Source of the DNA: Spirochaetia bacterium
GTDB lineage: Bacteria > Spirochaetota > Spirochaetia > SZUA-6 > Bin103
Assembly: GCA_965203905.1 (NCBI GenBank)
Contig: CBDBDQ010000005.1
Span: forward strand, 288,001 to 352,000
Length of the DNA: 64,000 nt
Direction of reading: 5' to 3'
Below the pieces are notes generated by a model. That model ran no database searches. It saw nothing but the letters and a program-made list of their open reading frames with translations, and was not told the origin of the DNA. Within the stretch, counting starts at the first letter, position 1. Each line of letters starts with the position of its first letter. This document shows positions 19,048 to 30,885 of this stretch, one piece after another. The position numbers and the translations under genes are program-made.

Positions 19048-20080
19048 CGCCGTATTCGGCGACCAGGCGCCTGGCATCGGCGAGCATCGCCTCCCCGTCA
19101 TGGCCCATGGCGTTGACCTGCTCGACCCAGCCGTCGGTCACCGGCTCGAGGGCGGTCCGCCAGCGCTCGCGCTCCGCTTCCGCCAGCGGAACTATCGAGT
19201 GGCCCTGCTCCAGCGCGATTGCCCGGCCGGGCTGCTCATCGTCCTGCCACAGGCGCCCCAGTCTTTGGGCCAGTTCTATTCCCGTCGTGTCGTCGATGAT
19301 CGTGCGGATCTCTGCCGGCAGTCCATCGTAGCGCGCCTTGTTCATGGTCATCAGGAACAGGGCGCAGGAGAAGGAAACCTCGGTGTGGTACCGGGTCACT
19401 TCATGCAGGCGAAAGGGCCGCATGATGGTCCAGGGGATCAATGCGCCTTCCACCACGCCCCGCGAGAGCGCCTCGTAGACCCTCGGGACGGGCATGCCGA
19501 TCGGCACGGCGCCAAGCGCTTCCAGCATCACGGCGCTGATTCGCGAGGGGGCTCGTATCGTCAACGCCTGCAGGTCTTCCAGCGTGCGGACCTGCCGGTC
19601 GGCGGTGTGGATGTGGCCGGGCGCTGCCGCATGAAACACCAAGGGATGGGTATCCCCGTACTCGTCCCGCAGCCACTTCCCGTAGAACTCGTGCAGCGCC
19701 TGACTGGTCGCCTCCGCGTCACCGCAGACGAAGGGCAGTTCGAACACCTCGGTCAGCGGGAATCTCCCCGCCGAGTAACCGGGGAGGGTCCAGACGATAT
19801 CGACCACGCCGTCGCGCGCCTGCCCGTAGAGATCCGCCGGCCTGCCGCCGAGCTGCATCGCCGGGAATACCTGCACCTCGACCCGGCCCTCGGTGCGCTC
19901 CTCGATCTCCTCGGCCCATGGTTGCAGAAACAACTGAACGGCGATCGACCTGGGCGAGTTGAACGTGTGCAGCCGAAGCGTGATTGGCTCCGCGCCTGCG
20001 TTGCTTGCGAACACGCAGAACAGCGCCGCAACGAAGGCGGGAAGCGGAACGTTGACGACGGCTCTGCGAATAACCCCCAT
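19031..20080 (-). CDS. dctP: TRAP transporter substrate-binding protein
   Basis: Signal peptide, FPAMQLGG, RDGVVDI, GRFPLTEVFELPF, YEALSRGVVEG. Confidence 0.9.
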   Translation of the reverse strand: MGVIRRAVVNVPLPAFVAALFCVFASNAGAEPITLRLHTFNSPRSIAVQLFLQPWAEEIEERTEGRVEVQVFPAMQLGGRPADLYGQARDGVVDIVWTLPGYSAGRFPLTEVFELPFVCGDAEATSQALHEFYGKWLRDEYGDTHPLVFHAAAPGHIHTADRQVRTLEDLQALTIRAPSRISAVMLEALGAVPIGMPVPRVYEALSRGVVEGALIPWTIMRPFRLHEVTRYHTEVSFSCALFLMTMNKARYDGLPAEIRTIIDDTTGIELAQRLGRLWQDDEQPGRAIALEQGHSIVPLAEAERERWRTALEPVTDGWVEQVNAMGHDGEAMLADARRLVAEYGDDLRR

Positions 20081-20162
20081 CGGTTGCCTCGCTTGATCCT
20101 AACCGAGCGCTCTCAACGAGCTACTGAGCTATCCTGCGACGATCATCCAGCACATTCTCTGA

Positions 20163-20193
20163 ACTGTACCGGGTTTACCGGACAGAGTGTCAA
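20163..20193 (-). promoter_or_regulatory. Possible TRAP operon promoter with overlapping imperfect palindrome (operator candidate)
   Basis: Minus strand TTGACA-19 nt-TACAGT; CTGTACCGG-GTTTA-CCGGACAG inverted repeat at 20164-20185. Confidence 0.35.
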
Positions 20194-20348
20194 TGGCAAT
20201 CGAGAAGTGCACCGGCGTCGTTGCCGATGCGGGCCAGGTCGGCGGGGGGACCGACTGCCCCGGCGCACAGCCGCAGGAAGCGCTGGAACGTAGGCAGATC
20301 CTCGACGTTGGGCAGTTTCGGGGCAGCGTTGCGCCTCGTCGACCACCG

Positions 20349-21818
20349 CTAGTAGGACTGCTGGTCGGGGTCGATCTCGTCGACCCAGGCGCTGATGCCG
20401 CCCTCCAGGTTGACCACGTCGCGGAAGCCGGCCTCCTGCATCTGGGCCACGGCGTTGGCGCTGCGGCCGCCCATCTTGCAGTGCACGACGTAGCTGGCCG
20501 CGGGATCGAGCTCGTCGAGGCGGTCGGGCAACTCGCCGAGCGGGATCAGCTCAGCTCCCTCGATGTGGTTGATGTCCGCCTCCCACGGCTCGCGTACGTC
20601 GATGAGCTGGAACCGCTCGCCGCGCTGGAGGCGCCCCTGCAGCTCGAATACGTCGATCTCGCGGATGCCGCCTTCGCCGTCGTCCGCCGCGCCGTTCCCC
20701 GCCGCGGCCTGCCCGCCGCTGCTGCCGTCGAATGCCGGCACGCCGCAGAACTGCTCGTAGTCGATCAGCTCGGTGACCGTCGGGTTTTCGCCGCACACCA
20801 CGCAGTTGGGGTTGCGGCGCAGCTTGAGTTGGCGGAAGCTCAGCTTCAGGGCGTCGTAGATCACCAGCCGTCCGGCAGCCACGTCGCCGATGCCGAGCAG
20901 CACCTTGATCACCTCGTTGGCCTGCAGCGCGCCGACCACGCCGGGCAGCACGCCCAGCACTCCGCCCTCGGCGCAGCTCGGCACCAGTCCGGGCGGCGGC
21001 GGCTCGCTGTAAAGGCAGCGGTAGCAGGGGCCGTCCTGGTAGTTGAACACCGAGATCTGGCCCTCGAAGCGGAAGATCGACCCGTACACGTTGGGCTTGC
21101 CGGTGAGCACGCAGGCGTCGTTCACCAGGTAGCGGGTCGGGAAGTTGTCGGTGCCGTCCGCAACTACGTCGTAGTTCCGGAACAGCTCCAGGGCGTTGGC
21201 CGAGGTCAGCGGCTCCTCGATCGGCTCGATGGTGATGGTGGGGTTGAGGTCGGCAAGGCGGTCCGTTGCCCGCTGCAGCTTCGACTCTCCCACCTGCGAG
21301 GTGCCGTACAGGATCTGGCGCTGCAAGTTGGTCTCGTCGATCTTGTCGAACTCGACGATGCCGATACGGCCGATGCCGGCCGCGGCCAGGTACAGGGCCA
21401 GCGGCGAGCCGAGGCCGCCGGCGCCGATCAGCAGCGCGGAGCTGGCCTTGAGCCGTTCCTGGCCTTCGACGCCCACATCGGGGATCAGGATGTGGCGGCT
21501 GTAGCGCGCCAGCTCGGCGGCGCTCAGGGAAGCCGCGCCGCTGCCGCCGGCGATGGAGGGTACGATGGAGATGGTGTCGCCGCTCTTTACGGCGGTATCC
21601 TCGCCGTCCTGGTAGCGAATGTCTTCCTCGTTCACGTAGACGTTGACGAAGTTGCGCAGCGAGCCGTCGGCGCCGAACAGGTGCTTGCCCAGCTCGCCGT
21701 TGGCGGCCGCCAGTTGGCGCAGCACCTCACCGACGGCCCCCTCGGTGTCGACGCTGACCGTGTCCTGGTTGTTCAGGAAAGGCCGCAAGGGCGTGGGAAT
21801 GTGAATGGTAATGGCCAT
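20349..21818 (-). CDS. moeB: Ubiquitin-like (MoaD/CysO) - E1 adenylyltransferase (MoeB/MoeZ) - rhodanese fusion
   Basis: N-terminal IPTPLR...FVNVYVNEEDIR...IVPSIAGG; RYSRH, GAGGLG, NLQRQ, CYRC and CVVC; rhodanese HCKMGGRS. Confidence 0.9.
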   Translation of the reverse strand: MAITIHIPTPLRPFLNNQDTVSVDTEGAVGEVLRQLAAANGELGKHLFGADGSLRNFVNVYVNEEDIRYQDGEDTAVKSGDTISIVPSIAGGSGAASLSAAELARYSRHILIPDVGVEGQERLKASSALLIGAGGLGSPLALYLAAAGIGRIGIVEFDKIDETNLQRQILYGTSQVGESKLQRATDRLADLNPTITIEPIEEPLTSANALELFRNYDVVADGTDNFPTRYLVNDACVLTGKPNVYGSIFRFEGQISVFNYQDGPCYRCLYSEPPPPGLVPSCAEGGVLGVLPGVVGALQANEVIKVLLGIGDVAAGRLVIYDALKLSFRQLKLRRNPNCVVCGENPTVTELIDYEQFCGVPAFDGSSGGQAAAGNGAADDGEGGIREIDVFELQGRLQRGERFQLIDVREPWEADINHIEGAELIPLGELPDRLDELDPAASYVVHCKMGGRSANAVAQMQEAGFRDVVNLEGGISAWVDEIDPDQQSY

Positions 21819-21931
21819 GATCGTTACGATAATAATGCCGAACCGGAGCGGCGCCAAACACCGCAGCCCGCGCCCCCGCCCTCGCGGCACGCTGTGTGCA
21901 ACATCGCGCCACCCGACTATAATCCGGCGCC

Positions 21932-23101
21932 GTGAGCCCTGCCGAGTCGACCATCACATTGGGACTGGAGGAAGAGTTCTTCCTCGTGGACCCGGAATCG
22001 CGCGACCTGATTGCCGATCCCGACCCGGCTCTGTTCGAAGCCTGCGAGCGAGACAGCGGCCCGCACAAGGTGGTGCACGAGTTGCTGCGCACCCAGATCG
22101 AGACCAATACGCGGGTGTGCACGTCGGTGGCCGACCTGCGCACCGCCCTGCGCGAGACCCGGGCGCTGGTGATCGGCACGGCGGCGCGGTTCGGTGCCGC
22201 CGTGATGGGCGCCTCGACCCATCCCTTCGCCCAGTGGAGCGCCCAGGCATTTACCCCGAAGGAACGCTACGGGCGCCTCGCGATGAGGTTCCAGGAAGTG
22301 CTGCGCCGCTACCTGGTGGGCGGCATGCACGTCCACGTCGGCTTCGGCAATGCCGACTCGCGGGTTCGCGTGATGACCGCGCTGCGCCGCTACCTCCCGG
22401 TGCTGCACGCACTGTCCACCTCCTCCCCGTTCAACGGCGGCCGCGAGACCGGCTTCAAGTCCTACCGCCTGATGCTGATGGGCGCCATGCCGCGTACCAA
22501 TCTGCCGCCCCCGTTCCGCTCCCGCGCGGAATACGACCGCCTGGTCGCCGACTACCGGGCGCTGGAGTTCATCGACGACGGCAGCGAGCTGTGGTGGGAC
22601 ATGCGCCCGGCGGCGCGCTTTCCCACCGTGGAGATGCGGATCTGCGACATCTGTCCGCAGCTGGAGGACGCGTTGAGCATCGTGGCCCTGTTCGCCTGCC
22701 TGGTGCTCCGGCTGCTGCGCCAGGATGCGGATTCGGGACTGCCGCCGGAACCGCCGACCGAGCTGATCGCCGAGAACCGCTGGTACGCGTCGCGCTACGG
22801 CGTGGTGGCGTTCCTGGGCAACATGGACGCCGGTGGCCGCATCGACATCGACGAGTACGTCACCCGGCTCGTGGCCGACCTCGCGGAGGAAGCCTCCGTC
22901 CTGGGCTGCGAGCAGGAGCTGCAGGGAGCAGCGGAGATTATCCGCCGCGGCACCGGTGCCGACCGCCAGCTCGACCTGTTCCGACTGCGCCGGCACGAAG
23001 GCGACAGCGTCCCCGAGGCGCTGCGCGCCGTGGTGGACCTGGTCATCGCCGAAACCCGCGAGGGAGTGGACGCAGCGACCGCCGCGGAACCGGGCGCGTA
23101 G
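21932..23101 (+). CDS. Carboxylate-amine ligase / glutamate-cysteine ligase GCS2 (YbdK family)
   Basis: TLGLEEEFFLVD, STHPF, GMHVHVG, LWWDMRP, TVEMRICD. Confidence 0.92.
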   Translation: MSPAESTITLGLEEEFFLVDPESRDLIADPDPALFEACERDSGPHKVVHELLRTQIETNTRVCTSVADLRTALRETRALVIGTAARFGAAVMGASTHPFAQWSAQAFTPKERYGRLAMRFQEVLRRYLVGGMHVHVGFGNADSRVRVMTALRRYLPVLHALSTSSPFNGGRETGFKSYRLMLMGAMPRTNLPPPFRSRAEYDRLVADYRALEFIDDGSELWWDMRPAARFPTVEMRICDICPQLEDALSIVALFACLVLRLLRQDADSGLPPEPPTELIAENRWYASRYGVVAFLGNMDAGGRIDIDEYVTRLVADLAEEASVLGCEQELQGAAEIIRRGTGADRQLDLFRLRRHEGDSVPEALRAVVDLVIAETREGVDAATAAEPGA

Positions 23102-23242
23102 GCCTACACCAGCCGGTGCAGGAACGGCAGCGCCGGCTGAACAAGGACGGGCGGGCGGATCGGGCGGCAGTGTCGCGCCCGTCCAGGACGAGAACGAGGG
23201 TGGTGCGGTGAACGGGTGTCGGGTTATGTTGTGAGTGCATCC

Positions 23243-25015
23243 ATGGCCAGTGATCAGCCGCTCATCGTGCAGGGCGTGGACACGCTGCTGCTGGAGGTGG
23301 CCAGTCCCCGATTCGAGGAGGCGCGGTCGCAGCTCCTGGCGTTTGCGGAGTTGATCAAGGCGCCGGAGCACGTGCACACCTATCGCGTCACCGCGCTGTC
23401 GGTGTGGAACGCGCGTGCGGCCGGCGTCACCGTGGAGCAGATCGTCGCCACCCTGCGCGAGTTCAGCCGCTACCCGGTGCCCGCCGCGACGCTGGCGGAG
23501 ATCCGCTCCCACGCCGCCCGTTTCGGCAAGCTGCGGCTGCTGGCCGGGGATGACGGGCTGGTCCTGGAATCCAGCGATGACGAAGCGCTGGAGATTGCGC
23601 GGCGCCATCGCGAGGTGTCCAAGTGGCTCGGCGAACCGATCGGCCGGCGCGCGTTCCAGGTGGACGCCGAGAAGCGCGGCCTGCTCAAGCTGGCACTGGT
23701 GCGCGCCGGCTTGCCGCCCAACGACGAAGCCGGCTACGCCCGCGGCCTGCCGCTCAGCTTCTCCCTGCGCGAGCACACGCTGAGCGGGCAGCCGTTCGCG
23801 TTGCGCGACTACCAGGCAGACGCCGCGCGCGCCTTCGACGACGCTCGCCATACCGCTGGCGGCAGCGGCGTGATCGTGCTGCCGTGCGGCGCCGGCAAGA
23901 CGGTGGTCGGCCTGGCCTGCGCGCACGCCCTCCAGTGCACCACCCTGGTGCTCTGCACCAGCGTCACCGCGGCCCGGCAGTGGATCACCGAGACACTGGA
24001 CAAGACCACTCTGGATACGGAGCAGGTAGGCATTTACGCCGGTCCCGACCGCGCCTTGCGGCCGTTCACGGTGGCCACTTACCAGATGCTCACCTACCGC
24101 CGCCGGGCCGATGAGCCGATGACCAACCTGGAGGTGTTCGACCGCGGCAACTGGGGCCTGATCATCTACGACGAGGTGCACCTGCTGCCGGCGCCGGTGT
24201 TCCAGGTCACCGCGGCCCTGCAGGCGCGTCGACGGTTGGGGTTGACCGCGACCCTGGTGCGGGAGGATGGCCGTGAGGACGATGTATTCGCCCTGATCGG
24301 TCCCAAGAAGGCCGACGTCCCGTGGCGCGAGCTGGAGCAGCAGGGCTGGGTGGCCACCGCCCGTTGCACCGAGGTGCGCGTGCCGCTGCCACCGCAACGG
24401 CGCCTGAGCTACGCGGCGGCCGGCCCGCGCCGGCAGTTCCGCATGGCGGCGGAGAATCCGGCCAAGACCGCCCTGGTGCAGGCGCTGCTGGAGCAGCATC
24501 GCGACGACCTCATCCTGGTGATGGCGATGTACGTCGAGCAGATCAGGGAGCTGGCCGGCGCACTCGCCATCCCCGTGCTTACCGGCACCTCCTCCCAGAA
24601 GCGGCGAGACAAGCTGTTCGCCGCGTTTCGCAACGGTGAGATTCGGCGCTTGGCGGTGAGCAAGATCGGCAGCCTGGCGCTCGACCTGCCGGAGGCCAAC
24701 GTCGCCATCCAGCTCTCCGGCACCTTCGGCTCGCGCCAGGAGGAGGCGCAGCGCCTCGGCCGCATCCTGCGCCCCAAACAAGACGGCGGTCAGGCACACT
24801 TCTACTCGCTGGTCAGCGCCGCCACGGTGGAGCAGGAGTACGCGATGCACCGCCAGCGGTTTCTTTGCGAGCAGGGCTACGAGTACGCCATCGTCGACGC
24901 CGAAGCGCCCGCGGACGCGGCTGACGACAGTGGCGCCACGCAGGTTACCGCCGGAGCGGGCCACGAGCCCGTTTTGACACTGGTTCGTCCCGGCGGCGGC
25001 AGTCGGTCTCGGTGA
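23243..25015 (+). CDS. Bacterial XPB/Ssl2 (ERCC3-like) SF2 DNA helicase
   Basis: PEHVHTYRVT, LRDYQ, LPCGAGKT, DEVH, LTATLVREDG, QRLGRILR. Confidence 0.93.
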   Translation: MASDQPLIVQGVDTLLLEVASPRFEEARSQLLAFAELIKAPEHVHTYRVTALSVWNARAAGVTVEQIVATLREFSRYPVPAATLAEIRSHAARFGKLRLLAGDDGLVLESSDDEALEIARRHREVSKWLGEPIGRRAFQVDAEKRGLLKLALVRAGLPPNDEAGYARGLPLSFSLREHTLSGQPFALRDYQADAARAFDDARHTAGGSGVIVLPCGAGKTVVGLACAHALQCTTLVLCTSVTAARQWITETLDKTTLDTEQVGIYAGPDRALRPFTVATYQMLTYRRRADEPMTNLEVFDRGNWGLIIYDEVHLLPAPVFQVTAALQARRRLGLTATLVREDGREDDVFALIGPKKADVPWRELEQQGWVATARCTEVRVPLPPQRRLSYAAAGPRRQFRMAAENPAKTALVQALLEQHRDDLILVMAMYVEQIRELAGALAIPVLTGTSSQKRRDKLFAAFRNGEIRRLAVSKIGSLALDLPEANVAIQLSGTFGSRQEEAQRLGRILRPKQDGGQAHFYSLVSAATVEQEYAMHRQRFLCEQGYEYAIVDAEAPADAADDSGATQVTAGAGHEPVLTLVRPGGGSRSR

Positions 25016-27027
25016 AGCTGGCCCAGCTCGAGTGGCAGCGGTTCCTGACGCTGCTCCCCCAGTGGGACGCACTGGAACCCGACCTGCGCCTGGAGTGGCT
25101 CAAGCTGCAGCCGGCCAAACTCTACACCGTGGCGTTCCCAGGCCAGAACCAGGCGCTGGTCAGTGGTGGCTGGCTCACTCCAATCGGTGGCGAGCACTAC
25201 GAGGTGCCGCGCCGGCGCCGCTATTTTCATCGCGTGTTGCGCGCCTTGTCCCGCGTGCCGGTGTTGGACGACTACGGACACGGCGACCTGGAGCTTCTGG
25301 TCGAGTATGTGACCGAGCACTACTCACCGCGCGACTGCGCAACGCTCGGTCGCACGGACGCCGCGACCGGGCGCGCCGAACTGGCCTCGGAGATGGACTG
25401 CGAGGAGTGGTTACGCGATTTTCTCCTCTGGGAGGGTCCCGGCCCGCGCGCAGAAGGACCCGCGGAACGATGGCGCCGCGCGATGCCGGCGGCCATCTCC
25501 ACGGCGCGCGAGATGATCGAAACGGTGCAGGAGCACGGCGCACCGGTTTCCCTTGCCGAGATGCTCGCGGTGGCGGACCAGACCTCCCAGCGGAACGCCC
25601 TGGCGCTGGGGTTGGGTTTCGTGTCCAGGGAGGCCTTGCTGCTGTTCGGACTCGATGCAGGGGCGCAGCCCTTCGTCGGTTTGTGGCGGGCGTCCCGCTC
25701 CACGCCGGGCGCGGATGTCCGCGCTCCGGCGCCCGAGTTCGTCGACACGCTGCCGCTGTTCTGCCGGCCGCTGCTGGTGGACGACATGGCGGCTCTGCTG
25801 GTCGAATCGATGGCGGTACCGCCGCGCCTCAAGGCCGACCGCTCCACGCTGTTTGCCCGCGCGCGCGAGGCCATCGGCGCCGCGCTCACGGCGTTGCCGG
25901 GCTGGATCAGGTCCGATGATGGACCGCTGGCCATCGAAGTGCGTGTCGACATGGCCGCGCTGTCTGCCCGCCGGCTCGGGCTGGCGGCAGTCACGGGTAC
26001 CCGCGGCAAGGATCTCAGCCTGACCGTGACGGAGCACGGCCGCCATTGGCTGACGCTCGACGCCCAGGCACGACTCAAGCAGGTGCTCGACATGGTGCGC
26101 GAGGGAGCCGAAGAGTTCTGGTATTCCGGCGAGGAGTCGCCGTACGCCGGCGGCCGGGAGAGCGAGGTTGCGGCCCTGAACCTGGGCCTCGACTACCTGC
26201 CGTACGACCCCGGCCTGGAGTATCCGTGGGTCCACCGAGTGGATTGTCGCGCGGCCGTGACCGATGCCTTTCGCTCAGTCGCGGACGCCGCCGTGGTCTG
26301 TCTGGCCGATTTTGTCGGCCGGGAGTGCCGCGAGCGCAATCCCCTGACCGCTATCGCCTATATGCCCTACCTGCACGAAGGAGACATCGCGGAGCAGTGG
26401 CAAACGGCGTTGTACAGCTTCTTCAACCGACGGCTGATTGCGCTCGGCGGGGTGGCCCTTGGCCCGCTGACCGACGGCCAGGTCGGGTTCCGTGTCACCC
26501 CGGCCGGCAGGTATCTGCTGGGAGAGACCGATCAACTCCAGTTGGGCGCGCCCGAAGAGACCGGTGACGTCCTGGTGCAACCCAACTTCGAGATCGTGTT
26601 TCTGGCGCCGTCGGTGGAAGCCCAACTCCGCGCCCGTTCCCTTGCGGAGCCGACCGACGCGCTGGAAGGCTCGGATTCGGTGGGCACGCTGTTCGTCCTG
26701 CGCCGGGAATCGGTGCAACGCGCCGTCATGGCGGGCCAGGACAGGGACCGCATCATCGCCTCACTGCACGAACTGTCCAAGCATCCGCTGCCGAAGAACG
26801 TGGAGCGGCAGGTCAGTGCGTGGGCCTCGGAAGTGCGTTGGATCGAGGTTCGCCCGGCGGTCGTGGTGGACTGCGGCGACGCCGAGACGGCCGCCCGGGT
26901 GCTGGCCGTAGCCGGCAAGGCAGGCCGCAACCTCTCCCCCACCACGGTGGAATTGCTCTCCGGGACCAAGCTTACCCCGGCGATCCGCAAGAAGCTGCAG
27001 GCCGCCGGCATCTTCATACGCCAATGA
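25012..27027 (+). CDS. XPB partner protein with C-terminal helicase-associated (XPB N-terminal-like) domain
   Basis: GTGA overlap with XPB; LVQPNFEI...RESVQRA...LSKHPLPKNV...W C-terminal motif. Confidence 0.75.
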   Translation: MKLAQLEWQRFLTLLPQWDALEPDLRLEWLKLQPAKLYTVAFPGQNQALVSGGWLTPIGGEHYEVPRRRRYFHRVLRALSRVPVLDDYGHGDLELLVEYVTEHYSPRDCATLGRTDAATGRAELASEMDCEEWLRDFLLWEGPGPRAEGPAERWRRAMPAAISTAREMIETVQEHGAPVSLAEMLAVADQTSQRNALALGLGFVSREALLLFGLDAGAQPFVGLWRASRSTPGADVRAPAPEFVDTLPLFCRPLLVDDMAALLVESMAVPPRLKADRSTLFARAREAIGAALTALPGWIRSDDGPLAIEVRVDMAALSARRLGLAAVTGTRGKDLSLTVTEHGRHWLTLDAQARLKQVLDMVREGAEEFWYSGEESPYAGGRESEVAALNLGLDYLPYDPGLEYPWVHRVDCRAAVTDAFRSVADAAVVCLADFVGRECRERNPLTAIAYMPYLHEGDIAEQWQTALYSFFNRRLIALGGVALGPLTDGQVGFRVTPAGRYLLGETDQLQLGAPEETGDVLVQPNFEIVFLAPSVEAQLRARSLAEPTDALEGSDSVGTLFVLRRESVQRAVMAGQDRDRIIASLHELSKHPLPKNVERQVSAWASEVRWIEVRPAVVVDCGDAETAARVLAVAGKAGRNLSPTTVELLSGTKLTPAIRKKLQAAGIFIRQ

Positions 27028-27039
27028 GCCTCGTCCCGG

Positions 27040-27483
27040 TCAGGGACGGACGACCAGTTCGTCGGTCAGGAAGCCGGCGCGGTCGGTATCGAGCAGGAAT
27101 GCGCCATTGGCGACGACCCGCGGCGACGCTCCTTCCATACGCCGGATCGACACGATGACGTAGACGAAGTTGGGCTGGGCCAAGTCCAGGTCGGTGGCGC
27201 TGGGACGCGCCGGATGTTCCGGATGGGAGTGGTAGAAACCGAGCAGGGTCTGGCCGGTGGCGTCGGCCGCGCGCTCGGCGGCCAGGTAATCAAGCGGAGA
27301 AACCAGGTAGCGCCGCTTGCGATCGGCCTGCGAGCGGTTGTCGATCGGGAACAGCCGCTCCACGGTACGCGCCGCGCCGCCCTCGGCAACCGTGCCGATC
27401 AGCGCGCCCACGCACTCCTCCGGGTATGCCTCGCAAGCGTGCCACTCAAGCGTCGCGAAAAGGGTCTTCGGTAACGTAGTCAT
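27040..27483 (-). CDS. JAB/Mov34 (M67) metallopeptidase, Mec-like
   Basis: YPEECVG and GFYHSHPEHPARPSATD JAMM motif. Confidence 0.92.
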   Translation of the reverse strand: MTTLPKTLFATLEWHACEAYPEECVGALIGTVAEGGAARTVERLFPIDNRSQADRKRRYLVSPLDYLAAERAADATGQTLLGFYHSHPEHPARPSATDLDLAQPNFVYVIVSIRRMEGASPRVVANGAFLLDTDRAGFLTDELVVRP

Positions 27484-28375
27484 CGTTCTCCCAATATGGA
27501 TCGTCGAGGTACTTCAGCGAGTTGTCGGGAAACAGGGTGGCCACGGTGGCGCCGGAGTTGCCGCGCGCCACCTCCAGCGCCGCCCACAGGTTGGCCGCCG
27601 CGCTGGGGCTCAGCGCGTAGCCGAGGTAGCGGCCCGCGGCGATGGCGTAGCGGTAGGCGGTTTCGGTGTCCGCCTCCAACAGCTCGTCGGCCACCGCGGT
27701 GTCGTAGATTCCCGGCACTCGCGCCGTGGGCATGTGCTTCCAGCCCTCCAGGCCGTGGATCGGGTTGTCCGGCTGCACGGCGACGCAGCGCACGCCGCGT
27801 TCGCGCAGGTAGCGGGCGGTGCCGATGAAGGTGCCGCTGGTGCCGAGGCCGGCGACGAAGTGGGTCACGGCGCCCTCGGACTGGCGCCAGATTTCGGGAC
27901 CGGTGGCGGCGTAGTGGGCGCGCCAGTTGTGCTCGTTGTTGTACTGGTCGGGGTAGAAGTAGCGTTGCGGATGTGCCGCCGCCAGCTCCGTGGCCTTGCG
28001 CTGGGCCCCGTCCGTACCCTCAAGGTTGGACGTAAAGGTGGAGCGGGCGCCGTAGTTGGCGATGATGCGCTTGCGCTCGGGGGTGACGTTGGCCGGCATC
28101 ACCAGCTCCACCGGCAGCCCCAGGGCGCTGCCGAACATCGCCAGCGCGATCCCGGTGTTGCCGCTGGTGGCTTCGAGGATCGTCTGTCCCGCCAGCCGGC
28201 CGTCCGCCAGGGCCGCCTCCAGCATACCCTTGGCGGCACGGTCCTTCACCGAGCCGCTGGGGTTGTAGAACTCCAGCTTGGCCAGAACCCGCGAACGGGT
28301 GATCGACTGCGAAATCTCCACCAGCGGCGTATCGCCCACCAGCCGGGCCAAGCGCTGGAACGCCCGGGTGCGCAC
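27446..28375 (-). CDS. cysM: PLP-dependent cysteine synthase (CysM-like)
   Basis: GDTPL, NPSGSVKDR (PLP Lys), EATSGNTG, GLGTSGT. Confidence 0.88.
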   Translation of the reverse strand: MRTRAFQRLARLVGDTPLVEISQSITRSRVLAKLEFYNPSGSVKDRAAKGMLEAALADGRLAGQTILEATSGNTGIALAMFGSALGLPVELVMPANVTPERKRIIANYGARSTFTSNLEGTDGAQRKATELAAAHPQRYFYPDQYNNEHNWRAHYAATGPEIWRQSEGAVTHFVAGLGTSGTFIGTARYLRERGVRCVAVQPDNPIHGLEGWKHMPTARVPGIYDTAVADELLEADTETAYRYAIAAGRYLGYALSPSAAANLWAALEVARGNSGATVATLFPDNSLKYLDDPYWENDDYVTEDPFRDA

Positions 28376-28381
28376 CGACTC

Positions 28382-30847
<2,466 letters not shown>

Positions 30848-30885
30848 CGCCTGTCACTCCACCGCGTAATGCGGATTCATTCTCG

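Noticed and set aside
21917-25072. 1051-aa minus-strand ORF
   Set aside because: Antisense shadow of ybdK and XPB caused by high-GC codon bias; no recognisable motifs.
23243-27027. XPB plus partner as a new defence system
   Set aside because: This pair is a known bacterial arrangement, has host-like composition and no defence neighbours.
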